Positions 33,319-41,824 of a stretch of 64,000 nt of DNA are shown in pieces. The notes beneath the pieces are model-generated. The model was not told where the DNA came from and searched no databases. It was given only the letters and a program-made list of their open reading frames with translations. A program made the position numbers and the translations under genes. Location of the stretch: positions 655,695 to 719,694 of the forward strand of contig JADJGV010000002.1 of assembly GCA_016707895.1 (NCBI GenBank), written 5' to 3'. How positions within the stretch are numbered: position 1 is the stretch's first letter; each line of letters starts with the position of its first letter. This DNA is from Myxococcales bacterium. GTDB lineage: Bacteria > Myxococcota_A > Polyangia > Haliangiales > Haliangiaceae.

Positions 33319-34674
33319 ATGAAGCGCCTCCTGGTGATCGCTGGGTTCGTGGTCGCGGCCGGCACCTCCACGGCCACCGCACAGCCGTGCGATCCCGGGG
33401 GCGAGCTGGTCGAGGTGACCGAGTACAGCGGCCGACAGCACTACCACCTCGCGCTGGCCGCCGGCGCGGGCGAGGCGCTGGTGGGCTGGGCGCCCGAGGG
33501 GCCCAACGGTGACGTGCCGCGCGAGTTCACGATGAGCCGGGTGGCCGCGGACGGATCGACGTCGTCGATCCGCGTGCCGTTCCTCGGCCACGCTGCGATC
33601 GTCGGGACCCCGCCGATGACCAGCAGCGGCACCACCGCGATGCACACGTGGGGCGTGGGGGGCGTCGGCGTGATGCTGCGCGAGCCCGACGGCGCGGAGC
33701 GCGCCCCGATCCACCTCGACGACTACCGCAGCTACGGCGACAGCGTCGTCCGCGCGCGCTTCGACGGCACGCACTTCGTCGTGACCTGGGTCGCCGGCCC
33801 GCCCGAGGCCAGCGTCCTCAAGGCGGTGCGCTTCGACCCCGACGGCGTCCAGCTCGACGCCACGCCGCTCGTGCTCGGCCCGGCGTTCGCGTACAAGCCG
33901 TGGGCCGCGTCGACGCGCATCGGCGACGTCACCTGGGTGATGTGGTCGACGTTCACGTCGTCGGACGCCGAGTTCGTCAGCGGCACGAACCCCGATCTGG
34001 TCGGCGTCCGCATCGCCGACGACGGCCGGCTCCTCGACGCGACGCCGGTAGTGCTGGTCCCGGGCGCGCGCGGCGTCGCGCTGGCCGCCAACGGCGACAC
34101 CGCGCTGCTGCTGGTGATGGCCCCGGACGGTGGCTTCGACATGTCGACGATCGATCGCGACGGTGTCGTCACGCCGGGCGGCCACCTGGCGCTCGCCGAC
34201 GATGAGTTCTTGCTCGAGCTGCTGGCGGCCCCGGGCGGCGACGGCTTCACGGCGTGGACCACGCACCCCGTTAACACCGGCACGCCGATCCACGCCGAGG
34301 ACGAGGTCGCGGCCCGCACGATCAGCCGGACCGGCGTGGCCGCCGCGGCGCCGAGCCTGACGCTGGCCGGCCAGGCGTGGGCGATCTCCACCGACGGCCG
34401 CGACTACCTGCTGCTCGCCGTCGAGGAGACCGTCGCCGGGGCCACCGGCGAGGAGCGCCTGACCCTCCGGCGGTTCCGCGGCGGGACGTTCACGCCGGTC
34501 ACCGTCGGGACGACGCTCGTCGCCGCGCCGCTCACGCTCACCACCACGCAGTTCTGCAGCGGGCCCTACGAGCCGAACGACGGCTGCCAGGCGGGCGGCC
34601 CCGCGGGCGCGGGGACGATGGGGCTGATCGGGCTGGGCCTGCTCGCGCTCTGCCGCCGCCCGCGGCGCCGCTAG
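33319..34674 (+). CDS. Secreted protein with a MYXO-CTERM-like C-terminal sorting tail
   Basis: Signal peptide MKRLLVIAGFVVAAGTSTATAQP. C-terminal tail G-rich/C...GLIGLGLLALCRRPRRR (Cys, hydrophobic helix, Arg cluster). Confidence 0.6.
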   Translation: MKRLLVIAGFVVAAGTSTATAQPCDPGGELVEVTEYSGRQHYHLALAAGAGEALVGWAPEGPNGDVPREFTMSRVAADGSTSSIRVPFLGHAAIVGTPPMTSSGTTAMHTWGVGGVGVMLREPDGAERAPIHLDDYRSYGDSVVRARFDGTHFVVTWVAGPPEASVLKAVRFDPDGVQLDATPLVLGPAFAYKPWAASTRIGDVTWVMWSTFTSSDAEFVSGTNPDLVGVRIADDGRLLDATPVVLVPGARGVALAANGDTALLLVMAPDGGFDMSTIDRDGVVTPGGHLALADDEFLLELLAAPGGDGFTAWTTHPVNTGTPIHAEDEVAARTISRTGVAAAAPSLTLAGQAWAISTDGRDYLLLAVEETVAGATGEERLTLRRFRGGTFTPVTVGTTLVAAPLTLTTTQFCSGPYEPNDGCQAGGPAGAGTMGLIGLGLLALCRRPRRR

Positions 34675-34687
34675 CCGCCCCGAAACG

Positions 34688-34722
34688 ACGACGGGCCCGC
34701 CTCGCGGCGAGCCCGTGCGTCA
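34688..34722. terminator. Putative bidirectional hairpin between convergent genes
   Basis: ACGGGC-CCGCCTCGCGGCGA-GCCCGT stem-loop between the stops at 34674 (+) and 34740 (-). No strong T-tract. Confidence 0.3.
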
Positions 34723-34739
34723 CGCGACGTGGACCTGGA

Positions 34740-35396
34740 TCAGGCCATGCCGGCGGCCTTCGCCACCTCGGTCGCGAAGTCGTCCTTCTTCTTCTCGAGG
34801 CCCTCGCCCAGCTCGAAGCGGGCGAAGCGGCGGACCTTGATGTTCTCGCCGATCTTCGCGATCAGCTCCTGCTGGAGCTGCTCGATGGTCTTGTCGGGGT
34901 TCTTCACGAACGGCTGGTCGAGCAGGCAGATGTCCTTGAGCCACTTGCTGAGCTGGCCCTCGACCATCTTCTGCGCGATCGCCTCGGGCTTGCCGCTCTC
35001 GACGGCCTTGGCCACCAGCACGGCGCGCTCGCGGGCGATGACGTCCTCGGCGACCTCCTCGCGGCGGACGAACTGCGGGCCCATCGCGGCGATCTGCATC
35101 GCGACGTCCTTCGTGAAGCCGACGAAGTCCTCGTTGCGGGCGACGAAGTCGGTCTCGCAGTTGATCTCGACGAGGACGCCGATGCGGCCGCCGCCGTGGA
35201 TGTACGAGACGACGGCGCCCTCGGTGGCCTCGCGGCCGGCCTTCTTGGCGGCCTTGGCCAGGCCCTTGGCGCGGAGGAAGTCGATCGACTTCTCCATGTC
35301 GCCGTCGCACTCGACCAGCGCCTTCTTGCAGTCGGCCATGCCGGCGCCGGTGCGCTCGCGCAGATCCTTGATCATCGTGGCGGTCACTTCAGCCAT
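34740..35396 (-). CDS. tsf: Elongation factor Ts
   Basis: 218 aa. TGAGMMDCKKAL signature and conserved EF-Ts core. Confidence 0.9.
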   Translation of the reverse strand: MAEVTATMIKDLRERTGAGMADCKKALVECDGDMEKSIDFLRAKGLAKAAKKAGREATEGAVVSYIHGGGRIGVLVEINCETDFVARNEDFVGFTKDVAMQIAAMGPQFVRREEVAEDVIARERAVLVAKAVESGKPEAIAQKMVEGQLSKWLKDICLLDQPFVKNPDKTIEQLQQELIAKIGENIKVRRFARFELGEGLEKKKDDFATEVAKAAGMA

Positions 35397-35476
35397 GGGA
35401 GTCTCCTGATGCTCGATGCGAGAAAGCCGCGGACCTGGCCGCGGCGCGTTCAGTCAGTGGGAACGGGGCGCGGGAT

Positions 35477-36355
<879 letters not shown>

Positions 36356-36592
36356 GGTCGTAGCTCGCTTTCTTCCGTTGGGCCTCCGGCGCGTCGTCGG
36401 ACCCCTGACACCCGCTAGGCGGGCACGGACGAGGTCCTCGGCAACCGTGGGAGTTGTGGGAGCGCGCGATCTAGCACGCCCGAGCGGCGCGAGGCAAGGT
36501 CCTGGATCGACGGTGTTTCCTCAGTGATCGCGTAGTGTTGGCGCAGCGCAGGTGGCACCGGCGCTGGCGGTGGTGCGGCCCCTTGGTCGGCC

Positions 36593-37084
36593 CTAGCGGA
36601 TCGCGGCGATGACGGCGGGCAGGGCGGCGTAGTCGGAGGCGCGGGGCTCGTCGAGGCGCAGCCGGACCCGGCCGGCGGCGTCGACGATCAGCACGGTGGG
36701 CAGCTGGTGGACGCCGAGCGGCGGGCCCTCGACGGTCTGGGTGCGATCGCGGCCGATCGGGAAGCGGGCGGGGACCTCGGCGAGGAACGCGTCGACTGCG
36801 GCGTCGTCCTCGTCGACCGACAGCCCGAGCACTGCGACGGTGGGATCGGCGGCCAGGTCGTTGAGGTGCGGGAACGAGTGCTTGCAGGGCAGGCAGTAGC
36901 TGGCCCACACGTCGATCACGACGACCTTGCCGGCCAGCTCGGCGCTGGCCCAGGTGCCGCCGCCGCGCAGCGGGTAGCTCAGCGCGGGGAGCGGCGCCGC
37001 CTGCTCGGCGGGCACCGCGGTCGGCGGCGGCGGCGCGCTGGCGCACGCGGCGGCGAGGAGGGACGACAGCAGCAGCGAGCGCAT
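36593..37084 (-). CDS. TlpA/ResA-like periplasmic thiol-disulfide oxidoreductase
   Basis: Signal/lipoprotein N-terminus and a thioredoxin CxxC motif (WASYCLPCK). 163 aa. Confidence 0.7.
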   Translation of the reverse strand: MRSLLLSSLLAAACASAPPPPTAVPAEQAAPLPALSYPLRGGGTWASAELAGKVVVIDVWASYCLPCKHSFPHLNDLAADPTVAVLGLSVDEDDAAVDAFLAEVPARFPIGRDRTQTVEGPPLGVHQLPTVLIVDAAGRVRLRLDEPRASDYAALPAVIAAIR

Positions 37085-37278
37085 CGCCGCACCATAGCCC
37101 GCGCGGTTGCGCGCGCCACGCGATCGGCCAAGCTGCCGCGATGCGCATCCGGGTCGCGGTCGCCGCCGCGCTGATCATGCTCCCCGCCACCCCGCGGCTG
37201 GCCGAGGCTTGAGGCATCGGTGCGCCCGTCGGTCCGACGGGCTGTGAGGGGAACGCGCCGCCGACGACCACGTACTTC

Positions 37279-37857
37279 GTGAGCGTCGCGGCCGCGGCGG
37301 CGTCGACCCGGCTGGTGTTCGACGGCGATCGCGACGTCGAGCTCGACCAGCAGGCGATCACCGTGAGCGTCGGCCAGGTGCGGCCGTCGCGGTGGAGCGT
37401 GCGCGCGTCGCTGGGCGCGGTGCTCGACGGCGCGCTGGCCGGCGAGGGCCGGCGCTACCAGCTCGACCCTGGCGTGGTCGGCGCGATCGCGATCGCGCGG
37501 CCGTGGACCTGGGGGCCGTGGTTCGTGCACGGCACGGCGTCGCTGGGCGCGTCGCGGGTCACGACCACCGAGCGGGTGGCCGGCGCGCCGACCGAGGGCC
37601 TGGTGGCGATCGACGCGCGGATCGGCGCGACCGCCGGCCGCCAGCTGGGCCCGGTCATGCCCTACGCGCTGGCCCGCGCGTTCGGCGGGCCGGTGCTGTG
37701 GACGATCGACGGCGCCGGCGTGACCGGCACCGACGCCTACCACGTGCAGCTCGGCGCCGGCGCGACGCTGTCGATCGGCGACGCCTGGTCGGTGATGATC
37801 GACGTCGCCGCGCTGGGCGAGCGCGCCGCGTCGGTCGGCGTGAGCTGGCGGCGGTAG
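37279..37857 (+). CDS. Hypothetical Gly/Ala-rich protein; possibly the mature part of an exported protein whose signal peptide (37141-37209) is cut off by an in-frame TGA
   Basis: ORF in the same frame as the upstream signal-peptide mini-ORF MRIRVAVAAALIMLPATPRLAEA-TGA. See the finding at 37141-37300. Confidence 0.3.
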   Translation: MSVAAAAASTRLVFDGDRDVELDQQAITVSVGQVRPSRWSVRASLGAVLDGALAGEGRRYQLDPGVVGAIAIARPWTWGPWFVHGTASLGASRVTTTERVAGAPTEGLVAIDARIGATAGRQLGPVMPYALARAFGGPVLWTIDGAGVTGTDAYHVQLGAGATLSIGDAWSVMIDVAALGERAASVGVSWRR

Positions 37858-37875
37858 CGCGGCCGCGGCGCGACG

Positions 37876-38616
37876 CTAGCGTGGGGGCGAGGGCGTGAAC
37901 GCGGCGCGGATGTAGGCCAGCACCTGGCGCTGCTGCTCGGCGCTGAGGATCGCCCGCCACGCGGGCATCGCGCCGATGCGCCCGACCGTGCCGTCCGCGA
38001 TGCTGCGCAGGAGCGCGTCGTCGGGGCGCGCCAGCACGCGCGCGTCGCCGACGAAGTCGGCGGCCAGCTTCCCATCGAGGCCGCGGCCGTCGGCCTGGTG
38101 GCAGGCCTGGCAGTGCGTCGCGTAGATCGCGCGCCCCGGCAGGTCGCTGGCGGGGGCGGCGGTCGTGGGCAGGCCGACGCCGCGGGCCAACAGCGCGGCG
38201 CATGCGACGGCGATCACCAGGCAAGGGAGCTGCAGCACCGCGCAGCGCGACATCCGGGCAAACTGGCCCGGGCGCGGCTCGATCGGCTGCTTGCGCGCGT
38301 GGCGGAAGTGCCACGGCAGCACCACGTACTGCGGGTAGACCTCGAGCCCGACCATCGCGGCGATCGCACCCAGCTTCACCCAGAACACCGGGTTGGCGCT
38401 GTAGAAGGCCAGCGGCTTCTCGAGCTGCCCGAACAGCCGCCACAGCCCGCCGCCGAACAGCAGCAGCGCGGCGATGCCGTTGCCGTTGTCGGCGAAGCGG
38501 GTGGCGGCGACGTCCTGCCGTCGCAGCGCGACCAGCCGCAGCGCGCCGAACGCGGCGGCGAGCGCGAAGCCGCCCACATGGACGATCGAGGCGATGGCCG
38601 CGGTGAGGCCGGGCAT
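37876..38616 (-). CDS. Membrane protein (DUF2214-like N-terminus) fused to a C-terminal mono-haem cytochrome c domain
   Basis: Four or five TM helices, then CQACH haem-binding motif with a downstream Met. Confidence 0.65.
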   Translation of the reverse strand: MPGLTAAIASIVHVGGFALAAAFGALRLVALRRQDVAATRFADNGNGIAALLLFGGGLWRLFGQLEKPLAFYSANPVFWVKLGAIAAMVGLEVYPQYVVLPWHFRHARKQPIEPRPGQFARMSRCAVLQLPCLVIAVACAALLARGVGLPTTAAPASDLPGRAIYATHCQACHQADGRGLDGKLAADFVGDARVLARPDDALLRSIADGTVGRIGAMPAWRAILSAEQQRQVLAYIRAAFTPSPPR

Positions 38617-38646
38617 CGCGGCGATGGTACGAGCGATCGCCGCGCG

Positions 38647-40230
38647 CTACCAGGCGTCGCCGACGGTCGCGGTCGGCAGGGCGTCGTGGATGGCGCGGGC
38701 GAGGGCGGCGCGGCGGCCAGCGGGGACGCGCAGCCAGACCGCGACGACGCGGCGGCGATCGCGGTGGACGATCGCGCTGGGCCCGCTGTGCGCGGTGACG
38801 GTCACGAGGTCGCGCAGCGGGACCGCGCCGACGCGCGGCGAGGTGACGGTCAGGTCGAGGTGCGGCTCCTCGCCGGGCGGCCAGGCGATCCGGACCTCGA
38901 GCTCGTCGGGCCCGTCGACGACGTGGCTGAGCGGTGCGTCGCCCAGCGAGACCCGCAGCGCGTCGGCGACCGCGACCACCGGGACGCCGAGGTCGGCGGC
39001 GCGGGCGCGATCGATCGTGATCTCGCGGCTGACGGCCCGGCGCGGATCGACGAGCGGCGGGTAGCCGGCGGCGGTGAGCGCGGCGACGGCGCGCTCGCCG
39101 GTGGTCAGCGCGACGTCGAGGTCGGCGGCCGGCAGCAGCGCCTCGAGCGCGACCACGCCGCGCCCGGCCCAGCGGACCGCGCCGAGGCCGCGGCGCGCGA
39201 CGATCCCGTCGATCGCGGCCAGCGCGCGCTCGTCGACGCCCGCCGCGACCAGCACCTCGAGCGCGGGCGGCTCGCGGCGCACGCGCACGGCGGCGGCGCC
39301 GGCTCGCAGCAGCTCGCCGGCGATCGCGTCGACGTCGGCGTCGGCGTCGGGCAGCGCGACCAGCCCGACCACGGTCTGCGGCGGCAGCACCTCGGCCCCG
39401 CCGTCGCGCAGCGCCGCGGCCACCGCCCGTGCCGTCGCTGGCGACCGGACCTCGATCGCGACGATCAGCCCGGGCCCGGCCGGCGTGTGACCGACGCACG
39501 ACGCCACGGCGGCGCGCTCGAGGACCGCGACGTCGCGCAGCCGCACGCCGTCGCGCAGCGGCAGGCCTTCGAGGTCGGCGAGCCCGGCGCCGGTGGTGCG
39601 GATCGTCGTGGCGACGCCGGTGGCGTCGATGCGCCCGGCCGGCAGCGCGGTGTTGGCGCGCAGCGCCGCCAGCAGGTCCGTGGCGGTCAGCCCATACGCG
39701 GCCAGCCGCGCCGGATCGAGCCGCACCTGCAGCTGGTCGTCGACGAGGCCGCACACGTCGACCGCGGTCACGCCTTCCAGCACCTCGGTGCGCCGCTGCA
39801 GCTCGCGGCCGCGGTCGGTGGCGCGGCGCGGATCGTCGGTCGCCGGCAGCGGCACGATGGCGAGCACCGTCGGCGTGCGCCACGCGCGGGTGATCATCGG
39901 CGGCCGGGCGTCGGCCGGCAGTCGGGGCAGGGCGGTGCTGACCGCGTCGCGGGCCGCCGCGGCCAGCCGCTCGACGGCGGCCGGCGACCGCGCGGCCAGC
40001 TCGATGACGGCGACGTTCTCGACCGCGCGGCCGTCGACGCGCGCCACGCCTGGCAAGCCGGCGGTGGCGTCCTCGAGCGGGGTCAGCAGCTCGCGCTCGA
40101 CCGCCTCGGGCGACGCGCCCGGCCACGTGACCGTGATGCGCACCGCGCCGGGGGGCGGGCCCGCGGGCGCGTCACCGCCGCAGCCGATGAACGCGGCGAG
40201 CGCGGCGAGCGCGAGGGTGCGGCGACGCAT
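38647..40230 (-). CDS. Lipoprotein with RND (AcrB)-porter-domain-like repeats and no transmembrane segments
   Basis: Lipobox LAAFIGCGGD. ITVTWPGASPEAVERELLTPLEDATAGLPGV...ALPRLPADARPPMI parallels the AcrB N-terminal porter pattern (QYPGANP...SPLE...G...LPRLP). No hydrophobic helices in 527 aa. Confidence 0.4.
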   Translation of the reverse strand: MRRRTLALAALAAFIGCGGDAPAGPPPGAVRITVTWPGASPEAVERELLTPLEDATAGLPGVARVDGRAVENVAVIELAARSPAAVERLAAAARDAVSTALPRLPADARPPMITRAWRTPTVLAIVPLPATDDPRRATDRGRELQRRTEVLEGVTAVDVCGLVDDQLQVRLDPARLAAYGLTATDLLAALRANTALPAGRIDATGVATTIRTTGAGLADLEGLPLRDGVRLRDVAVLERAAVASCVGHTPAGPGLIVAIEVRSPATARAVAAALRDGGAEVLPPQTVVGLVALPDADADVDAIAGELLRAGAAAVRVRREPPALEVLVAAGVDERALAAIDGIVARRGLGAVRWAGRGVVALEALLPAADLDVALTTGERAVAALTAAGYPPLVDPRRAVSREITIDRARAADLGVPVVAVADALRVSLGDAPLSHVVDGPDELEVRIAWPPGEEPHLDLTVTSPRVGAVPLRDLVTVTAHSGPSAIVHRDRRRVVAVWLRVPAGRRAALARAIHDALPTATVGDAW

Positions 40231-40255
40231 GCGCGATCAGGTACCACACGCGCGA

Positions 40256-40621
40256 TCACTCCGCGGTGATGCCCCCGAACACCTGGTACTGGCCGGGCTG
40301 CACCTCGACCCGATCTAGCGTCAGCGTCCACAGGCCCGAGACGTTGTCGCTGCCGAGCTCGAAGGTGTCGAACAGCGCGCCGTCGACGCGGACCTCCAGC
40401 GCGCCGTTGGCGACGTCCCGGGGCGCGGTGAGCGTGGCCGCGGGGACGCTGCCGTAGTCGGTCGCGCCGACCTCGACCCGCAGCGTGACGTCGGCCTGGT
40501 TGTCGACCTGGATCTGCTTCTCGCCGGCGCCGTCGTCATCGGTGCAGGCGCCGGCGAGCGCGAGGCTGAGGGGGAGGAGCGCGGCGAGGCGGAGCGGGGA
40601 GGCGGGCATGGCCGCGACCAC
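40256..40621 (-). CDS. Small lipoprotein
   Basis: Signal plus lipobox (LSLALAGACTDDDG). Beta-rich. 121 aa. Confidence 0.45.
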   Translation of the reverse strand: MVAAMPASPLRLAALLPLSLALAGACTDDDGAGEKQIQVDNQADVTLRVEVGATDYGSVPAATLTAPRDVANGALEVRVDGALFDTFELGSDNVSGLWTLTLDRVEVQPGQYQVFGGITAE

Positions 40622-40732
40622 AGCAACCCGCGGGCCAGCGGTCGCGACCGCGACCGGCGCCCGCCTGGCCCGCCGTCATGACCGCGCGTTCACGGCGCGT
40701 GCGTCGCCGGATGGTCGCGGTAGCCTCGACGT

Positions 40733-41134
40733 GTGATCGTCACCCCGGTGCGCTGCGAGACCCAGCCGCCGCCGCGCGTGGCCCCGCCGGTCGCGCGCGC
40801 GCCGGACGACGAGGACGCCGACGCGCCGGCCGGCGACCTGGTGTGCGCGACGTGCGGGCGGCGGGTCACCCACGACGACCACCGCGTCGCGGTCAACGGC
40901 GCGCACGAGCACACGTTCGTCAACCCCGGCGGCTTCGTCCACGTCGTCGGCTGCTTCGCGCTGGCCACCGGCCTGGCCTACGTCGGTGATCCGCAGTCGG
41001 CGTTCTCGTGGTTCCCCGGCTTCCGCTGGCAGATCGCCGCGTGCGGCGGCTGCGGCGTGCACCTCGGCTGGATCTTCCGCGCCGCCGGCGATCAGTTTCA
41101 CGGCCTGTTGCCGGCGCAGCTACGGCGCGGCTGA
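40733..41134 (+). CDS. Bacterial cereblon-like CULT domain protein (Yippee/Mis18/CULT fold)
   Basis: Two CxxC pairs (CATCGRR ... CGGCGVHLGW) flanking a conserved Trp triad region (FSWFPGFRWQ). Size and motif order as in single-domain bacterial cereblon homologues. Confidence 0.6.
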   Translation: MIVTPVRCETQPPPRVAPPVARAPDDEDADAPAGDLVCATCGRRVTHDDHRVAVNGAHEHTFVNPGGFVHVVGCFALATGLAYVGDPQSAFSWFPGFRWQIAACGGCGVHLGWIFRAAGDQFHGLLPAQLRRG

Positions 41135-41824
41135 CGCGCGCACGACGCCGACCCGGCTGCCGCGCGGCACGCCGTCGGTGAGCATCGCCGCCGCGGCGTC
41201 GGCGTAGGGCACCGTCATCGCGCCGAGCTGCGCCAGGAAGCGCGGCAACAGCAACGCCGCCGGCAGCGGCGGCCCCGCCATCGGCAGGCGATCGATCGCC
41301 AGCCGCGTGCGCGCCGGCCCGAGCGCGGGCCCCTCGAGCATCGGCCCCGGGCACAAGAGCCGCCAGTCGATCGTCGACGCCTGCAGCCGGCGCAGGTTGG
41401 CGCCGTGCGGCCAGAACAGCGCGCGCACGCCGGGCAGGTCCATGCCGGTGCGGCCGCTGTCACCGAGCTCGAGCAGGCCGGCGCCGGCGGTGAACCACGC
41501 CGCCGGGCGCGCGTCCGGCGGCAGCGCCTCGAGCGCGGTCACGAGCCGATCGACCAGCGCGACGAAGCGATCGCCGTCGCCGAGCTTGCCGGCGGTGTTG
41601 ATCGCGAGGTCGTGGCCGTCCAGCAGCGCGGCCAGCGCCGCCGGCGCGATCGCCGTCAGATCGGCGGCGTGGACGGCGACCCGATCGCGCCAGCCGACCG
41701 GCAGCCGCGCCGGGGTGCGGACGATCACCGTCACCTGGTGGCCGGCGCGCAGCGCGGCGGCGCCGACGTGCTTGCCGAGCGCGCCGGTGGCCCCGAGGAT
41801 GACGACGCGGCGCGGCGCGGTCAC
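41120..41824 (-). CDS. NAD(P)-binding Rossmann protein (NmrA/atypical-SDR-like)
   Basis: GTG start. VVILGATGALGKHVGAAALRAGHQVTVIVR Rossmann motif. 234 aa. Convergent 15-nt overlap with the CULT gene. Confidence 0.55.
   Translation of the reverse strand: MTAPRRVVILGATGALGKHVGAAALRAGHQVTVIVRTPARLPVGWRDRVAVHAADLTAIAPAALAALLDGHDLAINTAGKLGDGDRFVALVDRLVTALEALPPDARPAAWFTAGAGLLELGDSGRTGMDLPGVRALFWPHGANLRRLQASTIDWRLLCPGPMLEGPALGPARTRLAIDRLPMAGPPLPAALLLPRFLAQLGAMTVPYADAAAAMLTDGVPRGSRVGVVRASAAP

Noticed and set aside
37141-37212. Selenocysteine interpretation of the in-frame TGA
   Set aside because: Not excluded, but judged unlikely. The UGA sits directly after a signal-peptide cleavage-site-like AEA with no flanking Cys or redox motif. 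The hairpin starts 11 nt downstream with a 1-3 nt loop rather than a typical SECIS apical loop. Pseudogene or readthrough is kept as the primary explanation.
37655-40126. 823-aa minus-strand ORF and several plus-strand ORFs (38098-40269 etc.) over the cytochrome c and lipoprotein genes
   Set aside because: Extreme Arg/Ala/Gly content. Overlap in alternative frames with genes that have lipobox or haem motifs.
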